Made by a program: the position numbers and the translations under genes. Below, in pieces: positions 38,501 to 47,326 of a stretch of DNA of 51,692 nucleotides. The notes under the pieces were generated by a model, which had not been told where the DNA came from, searched no databases, and saw only the letters and a program-made list of their open reading frames with translations. Within the stretch, counting starts at the first letter, position 1. Each line of letters begins with the position of its first letter. The stretch is from a bacterium (lineage in GTDB: Bacteria > CLD3 > SB21). The stretch lies in contig JABWCP010000023.1 in assembly GCA_013360215.1 (NCBI GenBank), forward strand, positions 1-51,692, in the 5' to 3' direction.

Positions 38501-38704
38501 GACAAAATCTTTCATTGAACGTGCCAGCACGTGATGAATGCCGGGGCGGCCATTGGCCGTCGGAGGTCCTTCGAAAAACACAAATGGTTTTTTCGGATCA
38601 CGTTCTTCGACACTGCGCTCAAAAATGCGGTTCTTCTTCCAGAAGTCCAACACTTCGGCGGATAATTTGGCTAATTCGTCTTGCGATTCGATTTCTTTGA
38701 ACAT
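35564..38704 (-). CDS. ileS: Isoleucine--tRNA ligase, type 2
   Basis: EGPPTANGRPGIHH, GWDTHGLPVE, WTTTPWTL, SRDRYWGTP, DQTRGWF, KMSKS; type-2 C-terminus with no zinc finger. ATG at 38704. Confidence 0.97.
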   Translation of the reverse strand: MFKEIESQDELAKLSAEVLDFWKKNRIFERSVEERDPKKPFVFFEGPPTANGRPGIHHVLARSMKDFVCRYKTMQGYRVERKGGWDTHGLPVEIEVEKSLKLSGKKDIEAFGMEAFNKKCFESVWTYKELWDQLTDRMGYWVDLKDPYITCDNNYVESVWWILKQYFEKGLVYKGFKVVPYCPKCGTPLSSHEVAQGYQDVSDPSVYVKMKVHGHENTYFLVWTTTPWTLISNVALAVGKDIDYVKAKYKDQFLILAEARVKDVLKEDYEIIERFKGAHILGWEYERLFDDIPVDKKAFFVIAGDFVTTDDGSGIVHTAPAFGEDDYQVCKANGLPFLRPVDAAGKFEEAVKEFKGMFVKDADPEIITNLKRRGMLFRSEKFKHSYPHCWRHRTPLIYYARDAWYIRTTTYKDNMVANNETVQWFPPEIKEGRFGNWLRNNIDWSLSRDRYWGTPLPIWVHEESGEMICVGSREELQKGRMKDGSPVPADLDLHKPYVDHVVIEKDGKTFTRTPEVIDVWFDSGAMPYAQWHYPFENKEIFERQYPADFICEGVDQTRGWFYSLMSISTFLFGKAPYKNVVVNELVLDGQGRKMSKSLGNVVNPFEMLDQYGADILRWYLLVNTPIWLPKRFDLEGLTEMKKKFFRPLLETYKFFTLYANIDGFDPKAASIALSDRTELDRWILSRLHSTVREVTEHLNQFDTCKAGKLIQEFVDQDLSNWYIRLSRRRFWKGEKGSDKTAAYQTLFEILETLSRLIAPFCPFLAEKMYRHLMQNEDDKTSVHLAYFPEAEKAKMDLALETKMSSPRRVVQLGRALRELKELKVRQPLAKIIVVTEKESVRGHINDFSDIIKNELNVKAIEFVTDTGSLVNRKAKPNFKALGPKFGKNVNMAAQAIKDFSEKEISLLIEKDHYDLNVAGHEVAITKVDVEILHEEKEGLAVQSDADLTVALDTHLTAELVDEGIAREFINRLQNLRKDADFEVTDRIIITLQAEPTILKAIQNQKNYIMNETLATEISVQSPEGEIVRDAELHDTTLKIGLRRVRG

Positions 38705-38840
38705 ACTGAGTACCGTATTTGCACGCGAAGCGTAGGTATAAGTCAATTTTTTAAATAAATTGAGGGGCATATATATAAAAAGGCGGGGAGAAAATCAAAC
38801 AAATAAAGGGCGTTCTAACATCGTTTGGGACAGATGCAAT

Positions 38841-39524
38841 TTATACCGTGCTATCATTCCACTGGATGATTTTGGCCAAGGGTTTTCGCTCGAGATCCGG
38901 TACGGTGGCATCTTCCGCGGGATAGCCGACAGGAAAAAGAATGAACGGCTTCTCGTTTTCAGGGCGATTGAGGAGTTTAGATAAAAAATTCATAGGACTG
39001 GGTGTGTGCGTCAGTGTGACGAGGCCCATCGTATGAATTGCCGCTATAAAAAGTCCGCAGGCGATACCTACGCTTTCGTGTACATAATAATGCGTTTCTT
39101 TACGGCCATCAGGACGTAGGCCGTAGTTTTGGCGAAAACAGACGACGATGTACGGCGCTATTTCGAGAAATGGTTTATGCCAATCGGTGCCAAGCGGAGC
39201 CAGCGCTTGGAGCCATTCTTCGGTCATGCGCCCGCCTTCGTAGGAAATTCGTTCTTCGTTCTCAGCGGCTTCGCGGATTTGCTTTTTCAGATCCGGTCTA
39301 TCTATAACGACCCATGTCCACGGTTGTTTGTGTGCGCCCGACGGGGCGGTATTTGCTGTGCGAATAGCATATTCGATACAAGCGCGAGGCACAGCTTGAT
39401 TTGAAAAAAAACGGACGCTTCGACGTCTATTCATGTGTTCACAAAACCGCCGGGCTTCCTCGATCATTTGTGATTCGGATTGGCGCTCAAAAGGTAATGG
39501 GATGTGTTTGAATGGTTCCGACAT
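38841..39524 (-). CDS. Nitroreductase-fold iodotyrosine deiodinase-like flavoprotein
   Basis: RRSVRFFS, APSGAHKQPW, lid AAENEERISY...TDWHKPFL, ESVGIA, LTHTP, PVGYP. Confidence 0.85.
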   Translation of the reverse strand: MSEPFKHIPLPFERQSESQMIEEARRFCEHMNRRRSVRFFSNQAVPRACIEYAIRTANTAPSGAHKQPWTWVVIDRPDLKKQIREAAENEERISYEGGRMTEEWLQALAPLGTDWHKPFLEIAPYIVVCFRQNYGLRPDGRKETHYYVHESVGIACGLFIAAIHTMGLVTLTHTPSPMNFLSKLLNRPENEKPFILFPVGYPAEDATVPDLERKPLAKIIQWNDSTV

Positions 39525-39527
39525 ACA

Positions 39528-42098
39528 TCATCTCAGTAGGTTTAGTATTTTGCTTCGTATTTCTTCCTGCCGATAAACCGAAACGATTTTTTTCCCGTCG
39601 CGCTCGGTGACATAGAAACAATCGGCCACCCCGTCAAGACGTGTACCGATTTTAGCCGAGTGAATATTCAAACCGAGATCGGAAAGTGCGTGGGTGATGG
39701 TATACAGCAAACCGATACGATCTGCGGCAAAAATATCAATGATCGTAAAACGACGGTTATCCTCAAAATAAATTTCTGTAGGTTGTTCAGCGATAAATTT
39801 TTTTCGCTTCCAGCGATCGCGATGCCGATGCAGGTGGGCGGTGAGTTCTTCCGGTTTTTCCAATACTTCGGTTAAAATCGAACGAATTTTATTTTTTTGA
39901 ATATCGGTCGTTGGTTTTTGGGACCATTGATCAAAGATGCGAAACTGATCCACGATAATACCGTCTTCGCGGGTATGGATCTGTGCATCTATGATACTGA
40001 CATCGCATACGCTCAGAGCACCGCATAGTGTCGCAAGGCGGTAGGGCGCGTCGGTGGTGACGACGATGACTTCGGTATATCTTTCGCGATCCGTAAACGA
40101 AACCGAAAGTTTGCCGTCGTACACGATGCCGGCGTAGTCCAGTTCCTTCCAAGTCGAAAAGTCTGAACTTTCACCCGCATGGGCTTTGAGTGCATCGTCC
40201 GTTCGGAAAAATAGTTCTTGTAGCAAAAGACTTTTCCATTCGGTCCATACGTTTTTATTGGCCGCGGACATGTCTGCATACGTCAGCAGATAGAGCATTC
40301 GCAGGCGACGCCGGTCGCCGATGAGTGTTACAAAATTTTGAATGGTCTCCGAATCTTTGAGGTTGCGGCGAAATGCCGTTTGCTCCATATGCAGGTGATT
40401 TAAAATCAAAAACTGTATGGTTTCGACACCATCAGTATACTGCAATCGTCGAAAAATATCACCGGCCAGCGTCACGCCGATTTCGCTATGATCTCCGCCG
40501 CGGGATTTGCCGATATCATGCAAAAACACCGCCCAGTACAGCTGGTACCGCTCATCCAGTGTGAGCTCTTCATAAATCTGGCGCAGATGTTTTATATCAA
40601 TGTCTCGAGTCACCTCATCAAAAAATAAGCGTTCCAAAGATTCCACGGCCACGATCAGATGTTCGTCCGTGGTGTATTTATGATAGATGTTATAATTGTA
40701 ATGCGCGACGATATAACCGAATTCCGGCACCATTTTTTCTAAAAGCGTCAATTCATGCATGGTGCGCAACGTGGATGCGATTTGCCCTTCGCAGCGCCAG
40801 ATTTCCAAAAAATCGCGGATGACTTCGCGATGCGTGATCAGCGCTTCATCCAGCATATAATGATGCTCACGTAAGGTAGCTTGCAGTGTATCGGAAAGCG
40901 TGGCGTTGTACTTTTGTGCAAGGGTAAATATTCGGATCAACCAACGCGGTTCCTTGCGGATGTGTTCACCGAAATCCCCGTTAAATTCTAACGTACGGGC
41001 GCCGCCGTGCTGCCAGAGATAAAACCCATTTTCCAACGGAAGTCGTGCATTGTCAGAAGAGGGTTGGGCAAACTTCACATGCAGCTTGTGAATGGCCGTA
41101 ATGCACGTATGACTGATATGACGTGCCTCGCTGTAATACCGGCGCATAAAAACTTCTACACCTTTGGCCTCAGGGGTATCTTGATATCCGAAATATGTCG
41201 CCAATTGCAATTGTACACTGTAGGATAGGCGGTCGTTTCTTCGTTTGGCGAACATATGCAATGCATTACGTACAGCCATCAAAAAATCGGCGGCTTTTTC
41301 CGTCCGATCAATTTCATCCGACGATAAAATATGTTGATCGCCCAAAGTACGCAAAGCCACGATGGTGTGCGATGTACTCGTTTTGGTCTCTCGTGAAATC
41401 CGGAAAGCCGTCTGGATTACCCAATACAATGTATGCAGATCGCGCAGAGCACCTTTTCCTTCTTTGATATCCGGTTCCAATACACGCTCTGAATTGCCAT
41501 GATGCCTGTGACGTGCCCGCATGTGTTGAATGCGGGACTGAATGTACGCTTGCGGATCTTGGGTGTGAATACGGTTTTGTACGGCCTGACGAAACTTACT
41601 GGCCGTGACAGTATCGCCCGCAATATAGCGCGCATCGAGCAGACTGGTGCGAATCTCCGCATCTTGCAAGGCCAGCGATACACAATCTTCGATTGAGCGT
41701 ACACTGTGTCCTAACTCCAATCCCATATCCCATAACTGCGCGATGAACGGTTGTATTGATGTCCGAATCGCATCCGGAACAGCGGTCGTACCGTACACCA
41801 GATTAATATCAATGTCTGAAAAAAGATTCATTTCCCGTCGGCCGTATCCGCCCAGAGCAAAAATGCATACGGCTTCGTTTTCAAAAAGACGATGCCGAGC
41901 GAATACTTCTGTAATAATGCTATCGTAGAGTTCGATGAGAGCTTGCGACGCATTAAAACCCGATTCCGGAGAAGCGGCTTGCGATACGACCGATAGTTTA
42001 ATATCAACGATTTGTTTTTTTATCCATGCGGGAGGAGCAGAAGACGAGCGAATCGCTGTGCGAAGTTCTTGCAGCGATGAATGAAAATCAGCGATCAT
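39528..42098 (-). CDS. glnD: Bifunctional PII uridylyltransferase / uridylyl-removing enzyme
   Basis: GGYGRREMNLFSDID, EPDIKEGKGALRD, HKYTTDEH, LHDIGK, and two C-terminal ACT domains (DRIGLL...AKIGT). Confidence 0.93.
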   Translation of the reverse strand: MIADFHSSLQELRTAIRSSSAPPAWIKKQIVDIKLSVVSQAASPESGFNASQALIELYDSIITEVFARHRLFENEAVCIFALGGYGRREMNLFSDIDINLVYGTTAVPDAIRTSIQPFIAQLWDMGLELGHSVRSIEDCVSLALQDAEIRTSLLDARYIAGDTVTASKFRQAVQNRIHTQDPQAYIQSRIQHMRARHRHHGNSERVLEPDIKEGKGALRDLHTLYWVIQTAFRISRETKTSTSHTIVALRTLGDQHILSSDEIDRTEKAADFLMAVRNALHMFAKRRNDRLSYSVQLQLATYFGYQDTPEAKGVEVFMRRYYSEARHISHTCITAIHKLHVKFAQPSSDNARLPLENGFYLWQHGGARTLEFNGDFGEHIRKEPRWLIRIFTLAQKYNATLSDTLQATLREHHYMLDEALITHREVIRDFLEIWRCEGQIASTLRTMHELTLLEKMVPEFGYIVAHYNYNIYHKYTTDEHLIVAVESLERLFFDEVTRDIDIKHLRQIYEELTLDERYQLYWAVFLHDIGKSRGGDHSEIGVTLAGDIFRRLQYTDGVETIQFLILNHLHMEQTAFRRNLKDSETIQNFVTLIGDRRRLRMLYLLTYADMSAANKNVWTEWKSLLLQELFFRTDDALKAHAGESSDFSTWKELDYAGIVYDGKLSVSFTDRERYTEVIVVTTDAPYRLATLCGALSVCDVSIIDAQIHTREDGIIVDQFRIFDQWSQKPTTDIQKNKIRSILTEVLEKPEELTAHLHRHRDRWKRKKFIAEQPTEIYFEDNRRFTIIDIFAADRIGLLYTITHALSDLGLNIHSAKIGTRLDGVADCFYVTERDGKKIVSVYRQEEIRSKILNLLR

Positions 42099-42705
42099 GA
42101 TCGGAATTACGTTTGATGAACCACCGGATCAAGAGGATAAGTGCGATGAGACCTAATATGCTAAAAACCACACGATTGTATTGTGCCATCAGATTTTCAA
42201 AAGCTTTCCAGTTGTCACCGAGTACATATCCTGCATAAATCAAAACACCATCCCACATGCACGCGCTCAGAAACGCAAGGGGAATGATCTTACGTTTCTG
42301 AAGATGTGTCATACCCGCAAAAAGTGAAATGACGGAGCGTAAACCGCTCAAAAAACGATTAAAAAGAATTACACGGTATCCGTGGCGGGTAAACCATGCC
42401 TCGGCTTTTTCAAACGCCGTCGCAGGAAAATACTTAAAATTACGAGACAGGAAAAAATCCTTACCGAAAAAGCGACCGATCTGATACATCGTCATGAAGC
42501 CGATTAAATTACCGGCTGTTGCCGTCAGAAAAGTAGGAAGGTAAGACAGGCGTCCTACACCGACCATGCTGGCCGCTAACACCGTCACCATGTCGCCCGG
42601 AATCGGAGGAATACAGTTTTCCAAAAAGCCGCTCAGAAAAATAACCAGGTAAATCAAACCGGTATCAAGCGACTGTATCCATTCAAAAAACTGACTGAGT
42701 TCCAT
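42088..42705 (-). CDS. DedA family membrane protein
   Basis: ENCIPPIPGD, AGNLIG, NRFLSGLRSVISLFAG. Confidence 0.92.
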   Translation of the reverse strand: MELSQFFEWIQSLDTGLIYLVIFLSGFLENCIPPIPGDMVTVLAASMVGVGRLSYLPTFLTATAGNLIGFMTMYQIGRFFGKDFFLSRNFKYFPATAFEKAEAWFTRHGYRVILFNRFLSGLRSVISLFAGMTHLQKRKIIPLAFLSACMWDGVLIYAGYVLGDNWKAFENLMAQYNRVVFSILGLIALILLIRWFIKRNSDHDR

Positions 42706-42710
42706 ATATG

Positions 42711-43592
42711 TTATTCAACGTTCTGTATTTGTTCGCGGATTTTTTCAAGCTCTTCTTTGATGGATACGACGGTGTGTATCACCTCGGACTGGGAAGATTT
42801 GGATCCGATGGTGTTGGTTTCGCGTCCCATCTCTTGCACGATAAAATTGAGTTTGCGACCGACCTGTGTTTCTTTGCCCTCGACAAGAGAACGAAACATC
42901 TTATTATGACTGCGAAATCGAACCAATTCTTCCGTGATATCCACTTTATCGGCAAGTATGGCCAGTTCCATGTCAAGTCGCTGAGGATCAAAATCGGTGC
43001 GTTCTAATAGAAGTTTTACGCGCTCGCGTAACTTTTCAAGTTCTTCGGTGACTGCTGTTTTGGATAATTCGGTGATTTTGTCCAAACGGGTTTCGATCGT
43101 TTCGAGCCGATGAATGAAGTCATTTGCCAGTTCTGTGCCTTCGCTGCGGCGCATGCGGTTCATTTCATCCAGCGCTTCGTCAATACAAGTTAAAATATTT
43201 TTCCAAAGCGCCTCTTGGGCCTCGGCATCGTTATTGGAAACAAAAATATCATTGTACTGCAGAAGATGTTCCAAACGTACATCCTGCGCTATGCCGGCCT
43301 TTTCCGCCGCTTCGCGTAAGGCGGAAGCATATTGCTGAAACACGCTGTGATCAATTTTAAACGAAGCCAGATTGACATCCGGAGACTGAATGGTTAATGA
43401 CACCGTGATTTTGCCGCGATCAAGTTTGCGTTTCAGAAATTCACGCACCTCGTTTTCTTTAAGAACAAAACTGCGCGGTGATTTCCACGAAAGATCTAAA
43501 AAACGATTGTTGACGGAACGCATTTCGACGGAAATGCTGGTTGAACCGAAGATGCGCTCCGATTTTCCGAAGCCGGTCATGCTGTAAATCAT
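42711..43592 (-). CDS. yicC: YicC/YloC family endoribonuclease
   Basis: MIYSMTGFG, RSVNNRFLD, DITEELVR, GRKLNFIVQEMGRETNTIGSK, EKIREQIQNVE. Start overlaps the galE stop (ATGA). Confidence 0.94.
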   Translation of the reverse strand: MIYSMTGFGKSERIFGSTSISVEMRSVNNRFLDLSWKSPRSFVLKENEVREFLKRKLDRGKITVSLTIQSPDVNLASFKIDHSVFQQYASALREAAEKAGIAQDVRLEHLLQYNDIFVSNNDAEAQEALWKNILTCIDEALDEMNRMRRSEGTELANDFIHRLETIETRLDKITELSKTAVTEELEKLRERVKLLLERTDFDPQRLDMELAILADKVDITEELVRFRSHNKMFRSLVEGKETQVGRKLNFIVQEMGRETNTIGSKSSQSEVIHTVVSIKEELEKIREQIQNVE

Positions 43593-44578
43593 ACGAGACG
43601 TTTGCTCCCAAAGCGGGACTGATGCCAGTTCCACGCTGTTTGTATTATAGTATGTATATCGTTGTATTGCGGTTGCCATCCGAGTATGGCTTTAGCCTTT
43701 TCAGCACTTCCGACAAGCACGGCCGGATCTCCGGGCCTGCGTTCGCCGTAGTGAACGGGTATACTTTTGCCCGTTACTTTTTCACTTGCGGCAATAATCT
43801 CTTTGACTGAAAAACCCTTACCGTTGCCGAGGTTAAAAAAATCACTGCGGTTCTCACGAACCAAAAAGTCTAACGCTCTAATATGGGCGTCGGCAAGATC
43901 GGTAACGTGAATATAATCGCGAACGCATGTACCGTCGGGTGTTTCATAATCGGCACCGTAGACAGTGATGTGCGATCGGCGACCCATCGCAGCATCCAAT
44001 ACGAGCGGAATGAGATGCGTTTCCGGATTGTGATCCTCACCGATACCGCCATCCGGATCGGCACCGGACGCATTAAAATATCGAAGGCATACTGACTTCA
44101 AACCATGCGCCCGATCAAAGTCTGACAAAATTTGCTCCACCATTTTTTTGGTTTGCCCGTAGGGATTGATCGGCACCTGAGGGTGTTCTTCCGTCAAAGG
44201 CGTTTTTTGCGGTATACCGTACGTCGCACAGGTGGATGAAAAAACTAATTTTTTAACATTATGCCGCACCATCGCTTCTAAAAGATGGAGCGTTGAACCG
44301 ACATTGTTTTGATAATATTTGCCGGGATTTTCGACCGATTCGCCGACGTAAGCATACGCTGCAAAATGAAGCACGGCCTGCGGTTTGTGTTGTTCAAAAG
44401 TCTTTTCGAGCATCGCCATATCCGATAGATCGGCCTGAATCAACGGACAGCCCTGCGCAAAATCCGCATGCCCGAAAATCAGATTATCCAAAATTACGAC
44501 GTCATGCCCGGCGCGAAGTAACAGGCGGACGGCATGCGAACCGATATATCCGGCGCCGCCGGTAATGAGGATTTTCAT
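43589..44578 (-). CDS. galE: UDP-glucose 4-epimerase
   Basis: TGGAGYIGSH, AYVGESV, SSTCATYG, YGQTK, LRYFNASG, DGTCVRDYIHV. Confidence 0.96.
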   Translation of the reverse strand: MKILITGGAGYIGSHAVRLLLRAGHDVVILDNLIFGHADFAQGCPLIQADLSDMAMLEKTFEQHKPQAVLHFAAYAYVGESVENPGKYYQNNVGSTLHLLEAMVRHNVKKLVFSSTCATYGIPQKTPLTEEHPQVPINPYGQTKKMVEQILSDFDRAHGLKSVCLRYFNASGADPDGGIGEDHNPETHLIPLVLDAAMGRRSHITVYGADYETPDGTCVRDYIHVTDLADAHIRALDFLVRENRSDFFNLGNGKGFSVKEIIAASEKVTGKSIPVHYGERRPGDPAVLVGSAEKAKAILGWQPQYNDIHTIIQTAWNWHQSRFGSKRLV

Positions 44579-44587
44579 GATGTGCGC

Positions 44588-45079
44588 TTATCTGTAGTTT
44601 TCAAATTGCATGGCAAAATCAAAATTTTTCTCCTTGAGCGTTTTGATGATCGCCTGCAGATCGTCAATGTCTTTGGCCTGTACGCGCACTTGATCGCCTT
44701 GAATTGAGGCTTGCACTTTCATCTTGAGATCTTTGATCATCGCGACGATTTTTTTGGCCTGATCCTGTTCGATACCGTTTTGTAATTTGATATGCTGACG
44801 TACCGTGCTGCCGGACGCTTCTTCGACTTTTCCATATTTCAAGGCTTTGATCGGCACGGCGCGTTTGATCATTTTATTTTGTAAGATATCAATGACCGCT
44901 TTGAGTTTAAAATCATCATCGGAATGAATAACGATTTCGTCTTTCCCGAGTTCGATCGTACTTTTGCTGTCTTTAAAATCATAGCGCGTCTGAATTTCTT
45001 TAACGGCCTGATTGACAGCATTAGTAAGCTCTTGCATATTGATTTTGGAAACGATATCAAACGAATGCATGTCCGCCAT
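44588..45079 (-). CDS. yajQ: YajQ family nucleotide-binding protein
   Basis: [33 protein letters not shown] at 45079 follows GGAGAG. Confidence 0.95.
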   Translation of the reverse strand: MADMHSFDIVSKINMQELTNAVNQAVKEIQTRYDFKDSKSTIELGKDEIVIHSDDDFKLKAVIDILQNKMIKRAVPIKALKYGKVEEASGSTVRQHIKLQNGIEQDQAKKIVAMIKDLKMKVQASIQGDQVRVQAKDIDDLQAIIKTLKEKNFDFAMQFENYR

Positions 45080-45144
45080 AAAATCTCTCCTTTTATTCGC
45101 GGGGCAATTTAACATAATACGGCATAAAAACAATATCCAAGCGG

Positions 45145-45453
45145 TTATGCCACGCACACATAGATGTCGCCGTTTGTTATTTCGATGGTGTGCGCAGTGA
45201 GGTACACATCCGGTTTACCGAGGCACGCACCGTTGCGGATGTCGTATTGCCAGCCGTGCCACTTGCAGGTTAGCGTGTACTCTTTTAGCTCGCCCTGCGA
45301 AATCAATGATGCGCGCATGTGTTTGCATAAACCATCGTAGGCGTGCAGTTGACCGTCAATACGATAGATCATGATTTCTTTGGCTAATACCTTGATGGAA
45401 CGGCCCTGTCCTTCGGCGATTTCGGATTCTTTGCAGACTTTAAATTTTCGCAT
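45145..45453 (-). CDS. Rieske [2Fe-2S] ferredoxin
   Basis: CKH...CKWHGWQYD ligand motifs. Confidence 0.9.
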   Translation of the reverse strand: MRKFKVCKESEIAEGQGRSIKVLAKEIMIYRIDGQLHAYDGLCKHMRASLISQGELKEYTLTCKWHGWQYDIRNGACLGKPDVYLTAHTIEITNGDIYVCVA

Positions 45454-45480
45454 AAATGTATGATGCGGCGAGGGTATCGG

Positions 45481-46650
45481 TTAAATAATTTGAATGACCA
45501 AACATTTGAGATATTGCGTTTCGCGCATACTCATAAGTATCGGATGGTCTTTGGGCTGCGTGCGCTCTTCCAAGAGCAACGCCTGCCGACCGGCTGCCGT
45601 GATTCCTTGAAATACCGTATTCCGAAACGTATCGGGATCGATCGCTTGCGAACAACTGCAAGTAAATAAATAACCGCCGGAGGGAATCGCCTTGGCCGCA
45701 CGACGATTGATTTCACGGTATCCTTTGATGGCTTCTTTGACTTGCGATTTAGATTTGGCAAATGCGGGCGGGTCAAGGATGATGACATCAAACGATTCCC
45801 TGCGATCGTTGATTGCTTTGAGCTCATCAAAAACGTCAACGCATTTAAATTGGCATTGTGTAGTTTGATTGATTTCCGCATGGGTACGGCATTGGGCGAT
45901 GGCCGCTTCGGAAATATCGAGTCCGATAACTTCCGTCGCACCGCCGAGCGCGGCATGCACGGCCCATCCGCCAAGATGCGTAAAGCAGTCGAGTACTCTT
46001 TTTCCGGATGTGAAACGCCTTACATAAGCATGATTTTCTTTTTGGTCCAAAAAAAATCCGGTCTTTTGGCCATGCAGCAGATCGAGGCGAAACAGCAAAT
46101 TTTGAATCGTCACTTCGATCATAGACGGGCAATCACCATACGCTACACGCACTTCTTCAGACAAATGTTCAAGTTTTCGCACGGCGGAGTCATTGCGCAG
46201 AATAATCGCTTTGGGCGAAAATTCACTGCGAATGATATCTACGATCATGTCTTGATGGATATCCATGCCTGCGGTGAGAATTTGCATAACCCAATAATCG
46301 CCGTACCGATCTATAGTTAGTCCCGGCAGGTCATCGGATTCGCCGAAAACGACCCGGTAACAGGATTGGTCCGCGTAAAAAACCTGTCGCCGCTCGTAAG
46401 CATTCCGGATGCGTTCGAGAAAAAAATGACGATTGATTTCAACCGGTTTAAAGCTCAGGATGCGCACGGCAATAAGCGAATAGGGATTAATATATCCCAC
46501 ACCGACAGGATAACCGTTGGCATCCGTTATTTTGACGGACTCGCCGGGCTCATACGATTTGAGCGAGTCATGGATTTCGTTGCTGAATATCCACCGATGA
46601 CCGTTGCGAATGCGGTGATCGTGTTTGGGCTTGAGTTGTATAGTTTTCAT
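45481..46650 (-). CDS. rlmI: RlmI-family SAM-dependent rRNA m5C methyltransferase
   Basis: PUA-like GHRWIFSNEI, GESDDLPGLTIDRY, GQKTGFFLDQ, LDPPAF, CSCS, YLK. ATG at 46650. Confidence 0.9.
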   Translation of the reverse strand: MKTIQLKPKHDHRIRNGHRWIFSNEIHDSLKSYEPGESVKITDANGYPVGVGYINPYSLIAVRILSFKPVEINRHFFLERIRNAYERRQVFYADQSCYRVVFGESDDLPGLTIDRYGDYWVMQILTAGMDIHQDMIVDIIRSEFSPKAIILRNDSAVRKLEHLSEEVRVAYGDCPSMIEVTIQNLLFRLDLLHGQKTGFFLDQKENHAYVRRFTSGKRVLDCFTHLGGWAVHAALGGATEVIGLDISEAAIAQCRTHAEINQTTQCQFKCVDVFDELKAINDRRESFDVIILDPPAFAKSKSQVKEAIKGYREINRRAAKAIPSGGYLFTCSCSQAIDPDTFRNTVFQGITAAGRQALLLEERTQPKDHPILMSMRETQYLKCLVIQII

Positions 46651-46938
46651 GGCGGACGAAAATATATGATTTGCATGTGATAAGCAAACGTAAGAAACTT
46701 TGCCGTGATTTAAGATCGTATGGATAAATGAGATACACCTGTTCATGCGTATGTAAGAGTGGTTTTTACGGCGTACTAAAAATACATGTGAATTATTTTC
46801 ATGCTCAAGCGCTGTATTTTGTGATCCGACGAAAGATTTAACAATGCGATTGTGGAGGTGTTACTTACGATAAAACTAACGTTGAATCGTAACGGTTTTT
46901 TTAAAGATAAACCGAGGTTAATTTTTTGAATTTTCTGA

Positions 46939-46967
46939 TTGACAATCCTTATTGAGTTGTATATCTT
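46939..46967 (+). promoter_or_regulatory. sigma70-type promoter for rpsT
   Basis: TTGACA (46939-46944), 17-bp spacer, TATCTT (46962-46967). Confidence 0.7.
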
Positions 46968-47015
46968 CGCCCAGTTTTAGAATAATATTACACCTAACGT
47001 TATAGGAGTTTTGCA

Positions 47016-47270
47016 ATGCCCAATCATAAGTCCGCGGTCGAGCGTGTTCGCCGAAACAAAAAGCAGCAGGACAAAAACAAAAATCATAAACGCCAGATGA
47101 AAGAGGCGGTCAAAGCGGTCACCACGGCTAAAGACAAAAAAACGGCCCAGGATCAATTGAAACAAACCGTCAGCGTACTGGACAAACTTGTGGTCAAAGG
47201 TATCATCCACAAGAACCAAGCGGCCAATCAAAAATCGAAATTAGCTAAAAAAGTGCAAGCTTTGGCTTAA
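47016..47270 (+). CDS. rpsT: 30S ribosomal protein S20
   Basis: MPNHKSAVERVR and DKLVVKGIIHKNQAANQKSKL; AGGAG SD. Confidence 0.95.
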   Translation: MPNHKSAVERVRRNKKQQDKNKNHKRQMKEAVKAVTTAKDKKTAQDQLKQTVSVLDKLVVKGIIHKNQAANQKSKLAKKVQALA

Positions 47271-47289
47271 TTTTTTATTTTATTGTAAT

Positions 47290-47326
47290 AAAAAAGGCCC
47301 GGTGCATTCGCATCGGGCTTTTTTTT
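47290..47326. terminator. Bidirectional intrinsic terminator between convergent rpsT and murE
   Basis: A-run, GCCCGGTGC / GCATCGGGC stem, T-run. Confidence 0.85.

Noticed and set aside
38705-38840. T-box leader for ileS (also checked for thrS and pheS)
   Set aside because: No T-box consensus or terminator/antiterminator pair, and the regions are too short.
46651-46938. Possible ncRNA in the rlmI-rpsT intergenic region
   Set aside because: No strong stems, repeats or recognisable RNA family; divergent promoters can account for the space.
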